A stretch of DNA of 32,000 nucleotides from Wolbachia endosymbiont of Dirofilaria (Dirofilaria) immitis (GCF_013365455.1 NZ_CP046578.1:540001-572000), one strand, 5' to 3'; numbered from the stretch's first letter, positions 20,564-31,395 are shown. Numbers and translations are program-made. Notes: generated by a model from the sequence alone, not told the origin.

Positions 20564-22546
20564 ATGTCTGAGCTTGGAAATATATCACTATTAATAGCCT
20601 GCTTATTATCCTTAACATATTCATTTTTACCTTTCAGGTTTTACCGATTTATTACCATAATTATATTTTTCTGCACATCAGCATCAATGGCTATTTTGAT
20701 TTACTGTCATATCACAGACGATTTTTTACTTGAAAATGTATATTATTACTCTCATACAACAAAGCCTTTAATCTATAAAATCTGTGGTGTTTGGGGAAAC
20801 AAAAAAGGGTCCATGTTACTTTGGACCTTAGTGCTCACCTTTTACCTATTTTTAATGGACATTTTCGTTGATAACAGTAGCAAATTGAAGAAGATATCCT
20901 TAATCATCCAAAGCTTGATTTGCTTCTGTTTCTTGTTATTCACTTTACTTGAATCCAATCCTTTTATTAAAATGATAAGTATTGAAACAGATGGCCTTGG
21001 TTTTAACCCGATATTGCAAGATATTGGCCTTATAATCCATCCACCAATACTATATTTAGGATATCTTGGGTTTAGCGTTCCTTTCTCACTTTCTATAGCC
21101 GGGTTAATTATAAACACTGAAGGAAATGTTTGGGCTAGTATTGTTAGGCCTTGGGTACTCATCTCTTGGTCATTACTTACTTCCGGCATTAGCCTTGGCA
21201 GTTGGTGGGCATATCGCGAGCTTGGTTGGGGCGGATTTTGGTTCTGGGATCCGGTAGAAAACGTTTCCTTGATGCCGTGGTTAATTGCAGTAGCATTAAC
21301 ACATTTGTTACTCGTAGTACAAAATTTCAATATTTTAAGGAATTTTGCCGCTCTGCTTACACTTGTAACCTTTATACTGAGTGTAGTTGGAACATTTTTA
21401 GTTCGATCAGGAATACTTGCTTCAGTGCACACGTTTGCAGACGATCCAAGGTATGGATTGTATATATTAGCTTTACTTAGCGTAATTGCAGTTAGCAGCT
21501 TAGTAATATTTATAGTGTTTACAAGAAAAAACTATATATCTTCGCCGTCATTCCAGTACTTGACACCGCAATTTAGAAAAAAAGAAAACATGGAACCGGA
21601 TAGTCAAGTTAATCAAATACCAGAAAGTAGAAGATTCTTCTCACGCTTCACAATGGTATTGATAAACAATTTACTGTTCATCACCGCATTTTTTATCGTG
21701 CTCATCGGTACTTTATACCCTACAATACTTGAATATTCAACCGGTGAACTTATCTCAGTCGGAGCATCATACTACAATTCTTTATTTAACCCTATCATGC
21801 TAGTCACTCTGGTGCTTACCATGGCAGGACAATACTGTTGTTGGCAGGGAAATAGTCTATCACCAATACTCCGTGAATATAAATTCTCATTTTGTAGCGC
21901 TGCAGCTATTTTGCCATTTATTCTTCATGTAGAACTAATGATTGTACTATCAATTACCATTTCTATAGCATTATTAGTTTTTGTTCTGGAAGCATATAGT
22001 AAAAGAATCCGTTTATTTAAGGTGTCACTGAGTAAATCAATTTCATTAGCAAGAAGAGTTTCCAAATCTTACTACGCAATGATGCTCGCTCATGCTGGAG
22101 TAGCAACTCTAGTGCTTGGTATATCCTATTCAGTTGGTTGGCAGGAAAAAAGAGAAAACTACTTAAAGATAGGAGATAGCATAACAGTCAATAAATTCAA
22201 AGTTACCTTACAAAATATTGAATTGATAAGAAAAAAAAATTTCCAAGCAGTGAAAGGTATAATGGATGTCAGGAACCTATTGAGCAACAAAGTATTAGGT
22301 AAAGTAACCCCTGAATACAGATTTTACCTTATAGAAGGTCAGAAAAATGTTGAAAGCAGTATTTACCACAATTTATTCTCTGATATTTACGTTGTAATTG
22401 GCGAAATTAACAAAAATAAGAACAAGATCGCTACCAAAGTATACTACAAACCCGGGATGTCTATAATTTGGCTAGGGTCTTTTCTTATCGCTTTTGGCTC
22501 GCTTCTCGCTGCTTTTTCTCCTGATAAACAAGCAAAGGCTACCTAG
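20564..22546 (+). CDS. ccmF: Cytochrome c-type biogenesis protein CcmF (heme lyase subunit)
   Basis: 660-aa polytopic membrane ORF. It carries the tryptophan-rich WWD motif WGGFWFWDPVEN, flanked by conserved His residues. Confidence 0.93.
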   Translation: MSELGNISLLIACLLSLTYSFLPFRFYRFITIIIFFCTSASMAILIYCHITDDFLLENVYYYSHTTKPLIYKICGVWGNKKGSMLLWTLVLTFYLFLMDIFVDNSSKLKKISLIIQSLICFCFLLFTLLESNPFIKMISIETDGLGFNPILQDIGLIIHPPILYLGYLGFSVPFSLSIAGLIINTEGNVWASIVRPWVLISWSLLTSGISLGSWWAYRELGWGGFWFWDPVENVSLMPWLIAVALTHLLLVVQNFNILRNFAALLTLVTFILSVVGTFLVRSGILASVHTFADDPRYGLYILALLSVIAVSSLVIFIVFTRKNYISSPSFQYLTPQFRKKENMEPDSQVNQIPESRRFFSRFTMVLINNLLFITAFFIVLIGTLYPTILEYSTGELISVGASYYNSLFNPIMLVTLVLTMAGQYCCWQGNSLSPILREYKFSFCSAAAILPFILHVELMIVLSITISIALLVFVLEAYSKRIRLFKVSLSKSISLARRVSKSYYAMMLAHAGVATLVLGISYSVGWQEKRENYLKIGDSITVNKFKVTLQNIELIRKKNFQAVKGIMDVRNLLSNKVLGKVTPEYRFYLIEGQKNVESSIYHNLFSDIYVVIGEINKNKNKIATKVYYKPGMSIIWLGSFLIAFGSLLAAFSPDKQAKAT

Positions 22547-22580
22547 CCATAGGTCATAGACTATCACTACACCTTAGAAA

Positions 22581-22602
22581 GGGTTATATTAGGGTTATAT
22601 TA
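22581..22602. repeat. Perfect tandem duplication, 2 x 11 bp (GGGTTATATTA)
   Basis: Read directly from the sequence, 35 nt downstream of the ccmF stop. Confidence 0.9.
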
Positions 22603-23038
22603 AATTCAATTGAAAAGACAGGCATCTTATAGAAGCTCTAACAGAAATTATCTCACACAGGCTGCTACTATAATAGCCGTATTATTAATAACAGCTTATT
22701 TATAAAAACTCATAATATGAGTAGCTATCAATGATAGCGATGATAAAAAATATATTAATTCTATAAACTAGAAAACATAGCAAAAATATCCTTATTAGGG
22801 TTTAGCAAACAAAATTGGAGTACCAAAACAGCAAGTACTAATACACGAACAAGAGGTAAATAATATTTATTCACACGCACTCTATGTTACAGTAAAAGTG
22901 TTATCAATTTGACATCAAAAAATCTGCTTCTTAGGCAAAGAGCACTAAAAAATAGCTATTTTAATAAAGATAGGTAAAATTTCATAGAAAAGCAACGCAA
23001 AAACAGTAAAAATAGTATTATCTTACTCAAAGCAGGAC

Positions 23039-23074
23039 TTTCTGTTAACACTATTTACTAAGTAACTGGCTTAT
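23039..23074. repeat. Copy 1 of an imperfect 36-bp direct repeat (31/36 identical to 23274-23309)
   Basis: Copy 1 is tttctgttaacactatttactaagtaactggcttat and copy 2 is tttctattgacattatctcctaagtaactggcttat. They share an identical 17-mer, ctaagtaactggcttat. The copies lie 235 bp apart. Confidence 0.85.
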
Positions 23075-23273
23075 TAGCGGATGAATATGATAATAAAGTA
23101 CATGTAGGTTTTACATGTTAAACTATAGGATAATAAAAAGTATGCTAAGGCAAATTTAGTAAGCAAGGCTAGAGTAAGCACAACAGCAAATACAAAGGTA
23201 TAAAAAAGACTAACAATCTTCTTCAAACTGATAAATTATGCTATAGTAGTGCTAATAATCTTTATATTAGGTG

Positions 23274-23309
23274 TTTCTATTGACATTATCTCCTAAGTAA
23301 CTGGCTTAT
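23274..23309. repeat. Copy 2 of the imperfect 36-bp direct repeat
   Basis: See copy 1. The 3' end of this copy runs into the palindrome at 23306-23319. Confidence 0.85.
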
Positions 23310-23319
23310 CAATTGATAA
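23306..23319. promoter_or_regulatory. Perfect 14-bp palindrome TTATCAATTGATAA, about 90 bp upstream of secF (possible operator)
   Basis: The sequence equals its own reverse complement. Any function is purely inferred from its symmetry and position. Confidence 0.25.
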
Positions 23320-23407
23320 AACCACATGATCTGAAAGCTATTCAACCATAAAACAAACTAGTGAATCTTTTGAAAAAAAATATAAGATTTAGGTTTAAAT
23401 AAAGAAC

Positions 23408-24289
23408 ATGGTAGTCAGAATCATTTCAGATAACTTCAATATTAAATTTAGTAAATACAGAAAATTGACTATGCTAATTAGTGTTATTCTGGTCATCTTT
23501 TCAATATTCACTGTTATGTTACGTGGAGTGAATCTAGGCATAGACTTTACGGGAGGAATTTTGATAGAGATAAAGTCTTCAAATGAAGATCATGTTATTC
23601 TTAATATATTAAAAGAGAACAGTCTTACGGCGCAGAGTTCAAAAGCAGGTGATAGTTTAGTCATGCGCTTTAAAAAGGAAAGAAACGAAGATAAAATTAA
23701 AAAGATAAAAAACGTATTAGAAAAAAAGTTAGGTAGCTCGATAAGCTATCGTAAAATAGACTATGTTGGGCCACAAATAGGCTCATCACAAATATTTGAA
23801 GGAATGTTATCAATGTTGATTGCAATTGCTGGAATATTTTTTTATGTCTGGCTTAGGTTTAATTGGCAATGTGGATTTAGTGGAATAATAGCACTAGCTC
23901 ATGACATGATTTTAACCACCGGTTTTATTAGCTTAACTGGCATTGAATTTAATACCTCATCAATCGCAGCTCTTCTTACTGTAATTGGTTACTCAATCAA
24001 TAATTCAGTGGTTATATACGATCGAATTCGAGAATATCAAAAAAATCGTAAGGAGAAACATATAAGTGAAATAGTAGATGCGAGTATTAATGCCACGTTA
24101 CTTCGTACTGTCTTAACCTCAGGTACAACATTACTTGCTGCTCTTCCTTTGACATTAATTTGTACAGGTACAGTCAGAGATTTCAGCTTGATCATCTTTT
24201 TTGGTATCTTAATTGGCACTTGCTCTGCAATATTCATCTCTGCTCCTATATTGACCTGCAGAATTTTAATAAGCAGGTTCACGATATAA
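23408..24289 (+). CDS. secF: Protein translocase subunit SecF
   Basis: 293-aa ORF. It has the N-terminal FSKYRK...[13 protein letters not shown] motif and six predicted membrane spans. No secD is adjacent. Confidence 0.92.
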   Translation: MVVRIISDNFNIKFSKYRKLTMLISVILVIFSIFTVMLRGVNLGIDFTGGILIEIKSSNEDHVILNILKENSLTAQSSKAGDSLVMRFKKERNEDKIKKIKNVLEKKLGSSISYRKIDYVGPQIGSSQIFEGMLSMLIAIAGIFFYVWLRFNWQCGFSGIIALAHDMILTTGFISLTGIEFNTSSIAALLTVIGYSINNSVVIYDRIREYQKNRKEKHISEIVDASINATLLRTVLTSGTTLLAALPLTLICTGTVRDFSLIIFFGILIGTCSAIFISAPILTCRILISRFTI

Positions 24290-24749
24290 CATTAGCTCAT
24301 CATTCCCTATAGTGAGACGAGAACATCAAAAAAAATTCACCTCAAGTAGTGAGCAAAATATGGAACAGAGCTGATACTTGCCTGCACATCATTAACCAAG
24401 AATGCCATAGTACTGACATAAATTTGAGCTTAAGTATAAAAGTGTCCAGTCACAAGATTTTTTAAATTCAATACTCACACTGTTTTGAATCTTCTCTTTC
24501 ATGGTAAAAAAGTACTGAGAAACTCATTCTAGTTTATCCCTTTATAAATCGATAAGCATTACAATAATAATGATATTATCAGCAGCTAAACAAATAGTTT
24601 TTTACTGTGTTTATATTATTAAAATATGAAGCTATTACAATAAATTATAAAGATTAGCGTTAAAAGTCATTATTAAAAATAAGTAAATTTTATTGTTTTA
24701 GTACAATATTTAATATACACTTTAAGGAAGTGCATTTAGCTTAAGTTTT

Positions 24750-26468
24750 ATGTCAGAAGCAAGAAATCTAATTTTGACAGTTATTCTTTCTATATTAATT
24801 ATAGTATCTTGGTATGTTATTTATGATAATTTTCTCAATATAGATCAAAATAATCCACCAATTAAAAATATTGAACATATAGAATCTTTTAATGACCTTG
24901 TTCCTATAATGTACCAAAATCGTTCAGAAATCATTAATTCTACTCAAGGGCAAAGGATCAATCTAACTAATAACATGGTTAAAGGGTCGATTTCTTTAAA
25001 GGGTATCAGGTTTGATGACCTAATCTTAATCAACTACCGCTTAGAGCTAAATCCCTCCTCTCCACAAGTGGTATTGCTGTCACCTGCAGAATCAAAAGAT
25101 GTATATTTTGCAGAATTTGGTTGGCTCGATCCAAGTGGCAAAATAAAAATTCCAGACTCTAAAACAGTTTGGCAAGTTGATGAAGCTGAGTTAACTAATC
25201 GAAAAGCAGTTAATCTATCTTGGGATAATAAAAATGGCATCGTATTCAGAACAAAAGTGAGCCTTGACGACAGCTACATGTTTAAGATCGAGCAAATTGT
25301 TGAGAATAATACAAAGGACAATATAATCTTAGTCCCTTATGGTAAAATTAACCGCAAACGTGATAACATTAACGAATCTTATTGGATATCACATGAAGGA
25401 GTATTAGGTACATTTGATAACAAACTAGAAGAATGGACATATAAAGATATCGCCAAAAAACATTTAATAAAAGCTAGCACAAGCGGAAAAAATTGGTTTG
25501 GTTTTGCTGATAAATATTGGCTTACAGCCATTATACCTGAGAAACCGGATAAAATAAATGTTAGCATCAAACATACAAATATTAATAACATTGATAAATT
25601 TCAAGCAGATTTTGTCAAATCTCACAAAAGCATACTTCCTGGCACAAGTATCTCTAGTGTAAACTACTTTTTTGCTGGAGCAAAAAAACTAAATTTATTA
25701 GATTATTATAAAAGTGCTCTCAATATACCTTTGTTTGACAAAGCTGTAGATTTTGGCATTCTTTACTTCGTAACCAAGCCAGTATTTCTGCTGCTTGAAT
25801 ATTTTAACTTCATCTTAAAAAATTTTGGCTTAGCAATATTAGCACTAACCTTAGTAATAAAACTCTTAATGCTTCCTTTATCCAACAGGTCATATATTTC
25901 AATGTTTAAAATAAAAATTCTACAGCCTGAAGTAACTCGTATAAAGGAATTATATAAAAATGATAATTTAAAACAGCACAAAGAGATAGTTGCATTGTTC
26001 AAAAGAAACAAAGTCAACCCAATGTCAAGCATCCTTCCTATAATAGTACAAATACCGGTATTTTTTGCTCTATACAAAGTATTATTCGTTACTATAGAGA
26101 TGAGGCATGCCCCTTTTTATTTATGGATTAAGGACCTTTCAGCTCCTGATCCAATAAACATCTTTACATTATTTGGATTATTTAATTACAATTTCCCTGT
26201 TTCTGTAGGCATTCTGCCCGCAATTTTAGGCATTACCATGATAGCTCAGCAAAAGATCAGTGAAAAAGATCATAATAATGAAGATGATGTTCAAGTAAAT
26301 ATCATGAGATTTTTACCTTACATTTCCATCTTTATTTTTTCTTCTTTTCCCGCAGGCTTAGTAATATATTGGATATTTAGTAATATTATAACTTTAATTC
26401 AACAATCTGTAATGAAATCATTCTTAACGAGAAAAGTGGGAATAAATGTCGAAAATACTAATAGTTAA
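24750..26468 (+). CDS. yidC: Membrane protein insertase YidC
   Basis: 572-aa ORF with an N-terminal anchor and a large periplasmic domain. The C-terminal 60-kDa-IMP core is present ([23 protein letters not shown]...[23 protein letters not shown]...PAGLVIYW). Confidence 0.93.
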   Translation: MSEARNLILTVILSILIIVSWYVIYDNFLNIDQNNPPIKNIEHIESFNDLVPIMYQNRSEIINSTQGQRINLTNNMVKGSISLKGIRFDDLILINYRLELNPSSPQVVLLSPAESKDVYFAEFGWLDPSGKIKIPDSKTVWQVDEAELTNRKAVNLSWDNKNGIVFRTKVSLDDSYMFKIEQIVENNTKDNIILVPYGKINRKRDNINESYWISHEGVLGTFDNKLEEWTYKDIAKKHLIKASTSGKNWFGFADKYWLTAIIPEKPDKINVSIKHTNINNIDKFQADFVKSHKSILPGTSISSVNYFFAGAKKLNLLDYYKSALNIPLFDKAVDFGILYFVTKPVFLLLEYFNFILKNFGLAILALTLVIKLLMLPLSNRSYISMFKIKILQPEVTRIKELYKNDNLKQHKEIVALFKRNKVNPMSSILPIIVQIPVFFALYKVLFVTIEMRHAPFYLWIKDLSAPDPINIFTLFGLFNYNFPVSVGILPAILGITMIAQQKISEKDHNNEDDVQVNIMRFLPYISIFIFSSFPAGLVIYWIFSNIITLIQQSVMKSFLTRKVGINVENTNS

Positions 26469-26874
26469 TTCGGTTTATTATACTAAAATAGCTAACCTTC
26501 TACTTGAAGGTGCAACTGATAAATTTAAAGATAGCAGTGCCAGTTACGATATAGCTGAGGTTCCTGGTGTATTTGAGATACCAGCTACAATCCTTTTTAC
26601 AGTTAAAAGTAAGTATGTCAATCATGAAGGTTATTTAGTTTTTGAATGCATAATACATGGCAAAACTGATCATTATCAGTACGTTTGTAAAGGAGTAATC
26701 AAATGCTTAAACGAAATTATTATACGCTATGCAGTATTACTTGGCATAGGTATAATTACTGCTGACAGCAAAGATAAAGCTTTAGTAAGAGCTAGCAAAA
26801 GCAAAAAGAACATAGGTGATCATGCAGCCTTAGTTGTTTTATACATGATAGATTTATATAAAAGACTAAGCTAA
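26446..26874 (+). CDS. ribH: 6,7-dimethyl-8-ribityllumazine synthase
   Basis: 142-aa ORF containing [29 protein letters not shown], and [10 protein letters not shown] (the counterpart of RG.T.HFDYV). It overlaps the yidC 3' end by 23 nt. It sits in the classical ribH-nusB pair. Confidence 0.85.
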   Translation: MSKILIVNSVYYTKIANLLLEGATDKFKDSSASYDIAEVPGVFEIPATILFTVKSKYVNHEGYLVFECIIHGKTDHYQYVCKGVIKCLNEIIIRYAVLLGIGIITADSKDKALVRASKSKKNIGDHAALVVLYMIDLYKRLS

Positions 26875-27350
26875 TGGAGAAAGAGCATGTAGAAAGAAAG
26901 TGGTACATAAAGAGAAGTACAGCAAGGTTTCTTACCGTACAAGTTGCTTACTCAAATATTTTTATAGGCTACGACAAAAACACCTTTGAACTAGAAAACT
27001 GTGAGCTTAGGAACTATGTCAATAAGTTAGTGGATATATTTGAATGCAAAGAGTTTGATTATCAATTTTTAGAAAAGCTATCATATAAAGTCATAAGAAA
27101 CAGTAAAGAATATGATAAAATAATAGAACTTTATTTACACCCAAGCTGGTCTCTTGCACGGCTGAATCTCATAAGTCTATCTATTTTACGTGTTGCAATA
27201 TGTGAGTTAGCTAATTGTGATACACCGGCTCCAGTTGTTATTAATGAATATACTAACATTGCATCTGATCTACTCAATAAGTCAAGCGAAATTGGTTTCA
27301 TTAATGGATTATTAGATAAGGCAAAAGATGTGGCTAAGTTAAACAAGTAA
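26874..27350 (+). CDS. nusB: Transcription antitermination factor NusB
   Basis: 158-aa ORF. The start ATG shares its A with the ribH stop codon (TAATG). It has the N-terminal [13 protein letters not shown] and the helical NusB-like pattern [11 protein letters not shown]. The conserved ribH-nusB adjacency supports the call. Confidence 0.85.
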   Translation: MEKEHVERKWYIKRSTARFLTVQVAYSNIFIGYDKNTFELENCELRNYVNKLVDIFECKEFDYQFLEKLSYKVIRNSKEYDKIIELYLHPSWSLARLNLISLSILRVAICELANCDTPAPVVINEYTNIASDLLNKSSEIGFINGLLDKAKDVAKLNK

Positions 27351-27471
27351 TCTTAATAATTCTCTTAAACGGCATAAACATTAGAGAATAAAAAGAAGGT
27401 AGTGAAAAGACCTTTTATCTTCTTTAAGATCTATGGTAGACTGACAAGAACTATTAACTATAGCATAATAA

Positions 27472-27735
27472 ATGGTAAAAGACGAAAAGTCAAAAGCAAT
27501 TTTTGAGGTAGAAGGAACAGTGACTGTCTTATTACCTGCAGCAGAATTTAGAGTGAAGTTAGACAATGAACACGAAATCATTTGTCATGTATCAGGAAGA
27601 GTAAGAAGAAGTAAAATACGCATTGTTATCGGAGATAGGGTACTAGTTGAAATGAGTATTTACGATAGGAATGCAAAAAAAGGTCGTATAATTAGAAGGC
27701 TTAAAGGTACAAGTGAAAGAACCATCTCTAAATAG
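27472..27735 (+). CDS. infA: Translation initiation factor IF-1
   Basis: 87-aa ORF with an S1-like fold: [55 protein letters not shown]...GRIIRR. It is about 15 residues longer than the E. coli protein, and its 3' end overlaps maf by 23 nt. Confidence 0.92.
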   Translation: MVKDEKSKAIFEVEGTVTVLLPAAEFRVKLDNEHEIICHVSGRVRRSKIRIVIGDRVLVEMSIYDRNAKKGRIIRRLKGTSERTISK

Positions 27736-28309
27736 TCTTATTCTTGCTTCATCATCAGAAAGGCGCATAGCCTTACTAAAACAAATAAATATTAAACCAG
27801 GCTTAATTTTGTCAGCAGATATAGATAAAACTCCCTTGAAGAAGGAACTCCCAAAAGATTATTCAATCCGCATGGCAAAAGGTAAAGCTGAAAAAATACA
27901 AAGCTCGAATCCAAATTACTTTGTGCTCGGTGTTGATACCGTCGTTGCCTGTGGCAGGAGGATATTACTTAAAGCAGAAAACATTGAACAAGCAGGAAAA
28001 TACATTCGCTTATTATCAGGAAGAAGGCATAAAGTATATACCAGTGTGTGTCTATTAACCCCCCATCGATCCAAACAGCATATTAGAACTGTAGTTACAA
28101 TAGTAAAATTCAAACATCTCAGTGTACAGGAAATTAAATATTATTTAGCATCAGAAGAGTGGAAAAACAAAGCAGGAGGATGCAATATACAAGGCCTTGC
28201 TGAAATGTTCGTATTGTTCTTACGTGGCTCATACTCTTCTATTATAGGACTACCGTTACATGAAACCTATTGTTTGCTAAGTAACTACTTTAATCTTAAC
28301 TTATATTGA
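27713..28309 (+). CDS. maf: Maf-family nucleoside triphosphate pyrophosphatase (septum formation protein Maf)
   Basis: 198-aa ORF starting at GTG. It contains [22 protein letters not shown], and a C-terminal GGCNIQG...[10 protein letters not shown]. The start codon choice is uncertain. Confidence 0.88.
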   Translation: MKEPSLNSLILASSSERRIALLKQINIKPGLILSADIDKTPLKKELPKDYSIRMAKGKAEKIQSSNPNYFVLGVDTVVACGRRILLKAENIEQAGKYIRLLSGRRHKVYTSVCLLTPHRSKQHIRTVVTIVKFKHLSVQEIKYYLASEEWKNKAGGCNIQGLAEMFVLFLRGSYSSIIGLPLHETYCLLSNYFNLNLY

Positions 28310-29842
28310 CATACCTTTATCTTTCTATTTTTGTTGCTTAGTATAATCTCACTGTGGTATTACTATTAGATGTTTGACTAGAATATCTTTTTTTCTTCTT
28401 CTACCACCCCAATTTTCAGTTGTACTATATCTTCTTGGTAAATTTTTCCATAAGTAAAGTGCTCTCACTTTGTTAAACACCTCCTCTATCTTTTTCCAGA
28501 GCTAAATGAAAATAGAGTTTTGTTATTATCATTCTCTACTTCTCTATGGTATCTAGATTTTGATTATTTTCTTTACCTACTATCCCCCTATCTCTAGCCA
28601 TTTGTATATTAGTTTTTTCCCTTATTTTCTGCAAAATGTTTCCCGAAAATGAATCTTTTAGTACATTCATTGCTTGATCGGCCAGGTTAAAGATTAAATA
28701 TTTTTTAACTCTTTATCAACCGGTTCACCTGTTTTACATAAGTTTTACCACTGTGATCTTTACTATTTTCCTCTTCCCCTCCCAATAATTTGTCTTTCCT
28801 TTAAGAACTTAACTTTTCTTTCCAAGTCTATCTAGCATTTCTTCTTCCCATTTTTTTAATGCTTTATTTGCTCTTTAAAAATTCTTCTCTTTTTCCTCAG
28901 TGCTAACTGAAGACGACCTCTGCCACTATCATCAGAAGGTACACTGGCAACGTGCTTCCTACACTTGAATCACTTTTACTATTTAGTGTTGGAGCAAAGA
29001 CACCAATAGTTGAGTCCACTACTTTTTTCATATTTGGTCGAACTGTCATCTTTATCACTTCTTTCTATTGATGCTTTTCTGCTCTTAATACCAACATGCC
29101 ATAAGTCTCCTTCCCCCTTTTTCTCATTGTTGACCTTGGGTGTTAAATTCCTCCACTCACATCTTTGCTTATCTTTAATTGCTCTTTATCACTTAATTAA
29201 TTTACCCTAAATAAATTTTATAACTTAATTCCTAACCTTAATCTTAACAACGCACTTCTGTACATTTTTATTAAACTAATTTAGAGCACTTTACATGAAT
29301 CATCAGTTATATGATACAGTCATCTTATTTTTCTCCCTCACTTCCCTCTTCACCGTACAAAGTTAAAAATCCCGTAATTCCATTCTATCACCTTTTAGCA
29401 TAATACTAGCGTGGTTACCACATATTAAATATCTTTAATATACTACTAATATAATTTATCAACATATAACTCAGTTTCACTTTTAAGCTTTTGTACATCT
29501 TTTCTTTATCATACTAAGCCTCTTCTGCAGAACTTCATAAACTTTATCCTTGTTCAATTAACATTTTTGTCCAACTCACATCATCTTTTATTAAATGACT
29601 TAACTATACTAAAATCAACCACTGTATTACAAACTAATTTATCCTCTTTTATCTTAATGAATAAAGACAAAAAATTTTGAATAAAGTTGTCACAGCTATT
29701 CAATTATTTATTCTTTAACATCATATTCCATCTCACTAATGATTATTTACCTCTTAGTTCCTAGCTAGTATAATTACTATGGTAATTAGCAAGCTTTCAT
29801 AAAGGAAGCTGTGCTTTTAGATGGCAACTAACTGTTTTTTAC

Positions 29843-31168
29843 TTACAATTTTAAATATCTATTACTCATAGTAAACACTTCTGGACTTCTAAAAGTTAGC
29901 TTGAATATAGCAAGTATGTTGATAAATAATAAAGCAGCAATCGAGATATCAGCAATATTCCAGAGTAATTGAACCTCACTTATTGCACCAAGCGGAATAA
30001 TTGCAGTAAAAATTACAATCCAGATTTTAATGTATTTATCATTCATAGATACGTAGCGTATTGTTTGTTTTGCACAGAAAAACCAAGTAAAAATAGTAGT
30101 AAAAGCAAAACAAAACATTATGACTATGATCAAGTAATCAATACAAGGATAACTCATAGCCCTTCTAAAAGCAAATATACACATGTTAGTACTCTCTAAA
30201 TCAGTAACCCAAGAATCTGTAACAAGTAGTACCATTGCTGTAATGAACACTATAAATGCAACTACAAAAGGTGATATTATAGTGATCAGACTCTGTTCAA
30301 TAATAAACCTATTGCTATTTTTCTTAGGAATAATCGAAGAGTGTACAATACCTTCAAGGCCAAGTCCTATATCTGTTGCAAAAATACCACGTAAAGTTCC
30401 TACTTGAATAATAGTTAACACTTCCAAAATCAAACCTAGAGATAAACCAGAGTTAAAACCACTAGTTGTAAAGAAACTACTTGTTATCAATTTCAAAGAA
30501 GGAAGAACATTTTCACTAAACTTAAATAATATGATACTACAAAGTGTAAGATAACTTACCGTCATTATTGGTATCATAGCCGATATAAAAATTTTAATTT
30601 TTTTAAAGCTGAAAGCTACAACAGCAAAAAACATTATAGCCATAACAACTCCACCAACAACCATAGGCACATTTACCATGCCAAGCGGTATTGACAGAGA
30701 ATTTACCTGAACAAGGTTACCAACAGTTATGGAAGCTACTATCATAATGGCTAAAAACGTAACCGTAGCCTTTTTGGAATTAAATGCATCAGCCATACAA
30801 GCTATAGGACCACCGATAAACTGTCCATTTTTCTTCTTTCTGGTCCTCATACTCAGGTAACAAGTAACATATTTTATTATAGAAGTGACAACAATAACTA
30901 TTGCCATCCATAAAATGGAACCTGGTCCCCCAGTTTTTAGAGCAACAGCAGTTCCTGAAATATTCCCTACTCCTAAATTTCCCCCTAAAATTGTAAATAG
31001 AGCAACTACAGAAGAAAATTTATTTTCTCCTCTTTTAGCTCCAATGAGTGAAAACGCGTATGGCAATCTAAATACTTGTAACCATTTCAGTTTAACTGAT
31101 AGATAAATACTGGTGATTAGTACTAGTAATATTGTTAGCAGTAATAAAACAAATTTTACTGTATCCAT
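29843..31168 (-). CDS. Sodium:alanine (amino acid) symporter family transporter
   Basis: 441-aa polytopic membrane ORF. It carries the family motif FTILGGNLGVGNISGTAVALKTGGPGSILWM near the N-terminus. Confidence 0.88.
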   Translation of the reverse strand: MDTVKFVLLLLTILLVLITSIYLSVKLKWLQVFRLPYAFSLIGAKRGENKFSSVVALFTILGGNLGVGNISGTAVALKTGGPGSILWMAIVIVVTSIIKYVTCYLSMRTRKKKNGQFIGGPIACMADAFNSKKATVTFLAIMIVASITVGNLVQVNSLSIPLGMVNVPMVVGGVVMAIMFFAVVAFSFKKIKIFISAMIPIMTVSYLTLCSIILFKFSENVLPSLKLITSSFFTTSGFNSGLSLGLILEVLTIIQVGTLRGIFATDIGLGLEGIVHSSIIPKKNSNRFIIEQSLITIISPFVVAFIVFITAMVLLVTDSWVTDLESTNMCIFAFRRAMSYPCIDYLIIVIMFCFAFTTIFTWFFCAKQTIRYVSMNDKYIKIWIVIFTAIIPLGAISEVQLLWNIADISIAALLFINILAIFKLTFRSPEVFTMSNRYLKL

Positions 31169-31263
31169 CTACAAGCTAAAGATAAGCTTTTTGACTTAAG
31201 TATACAAACAAAAGTTAAAAATGCCTAAGCCTATTTTCTGTAAAAGTTTATACAGCTAACAAG

Positions 31264-31343
31264 TTTGTTTTTGTCAGCTCATAGCATGACCATGAATCAG
31301 ACACCCCCCGTCCACACAACGCATCAGGGGCTGACAAAACAAA
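31264..31343. other. Long-stem inverted repeat enclosing a GC-rich 51-nt core
   Basis: The left arm TTTG(T)TTTTGTCAGC (31264-31278) pairs with the right arm GCTGACAAAACAAA (31330-31343). That gives 14 bp with one bulged T, of which 10 bp are perfect. The enclosed core includes cagacaccccccgtccacacaacgcatcagggg, far more GC-rich than its surroundings. Confidence 0.7.
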
Positions 31344-31395
31344 AAAAAAGAGCACCAGAACGATCAAAAAAAACCTATTCTAGTTCCTTAAAAGG

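Noticed and set aside
20842-21432. 196-aa ORF antisense to ccmF; a second ORF of 92 aa at 21202-21480 lies out of frame on the sense strand.
   Set aside because: It lies entirely inside the well-supported ccmF reading frame. The protein is low-complexity (S/T/P/K/N-rich) with no recognisable motif. Long shadow ORFs are expected opposite genes rich in hydrophobic codons.
28349-28501. Minus-strand fragment …ALYLWKNLPRRYSTTENWGGRRRKK… vaguely recalls the W..LP…W motif at the N-terminus of IS5-type transposases.
   Set aside because: The resemblance rests on a few residues. There is no DDE region, no inverted repeats and no target duplication, so it is not enough to call a mobile element.
29010-29210. 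66-aa plus-strand ORF (MSPLLFSYLVELSSLSLLS…) in the large spacer.
   Set aside because: It is an L/S/F/P-rich product of translating a T/C-rich tract. It uses a non-ATG start and has no motif. The local composition points to the minus strand as the former sense strand.
1724-31106. All other track ORFs nested in or antisense to the called genes, e.g. 1724-2002, 6204-6521, 6838-7044, 8262-8657, 10297-12095, 13785-13997, 16501-17943, 18612-19026, 24037-24282, 25034-26077, 27131-27581, 27916-28113 and 29969-31106.
   Set aside because: Each overlaps a longer ORF with clear family motifs. They are 60-114 aa with biased composition and no motifs, so I treat them as shadow ORFs.
31169-31395. Glycine riboswitch, SRP (4.5S) RNA, or an intrinsic terminator as the explanation for the GC-rich inverted repeat.
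   Set aside because: The conserved glycine-riboswitch blocks (GGAGAG…CACCGAAGGGGCAA) and the SRP helix-8 motif (GGAAG…GCAGCC) are both absent. The T-runs precede rather than follow the hairpin on the transcribed (minus) strand. The identity is left open as a finding.
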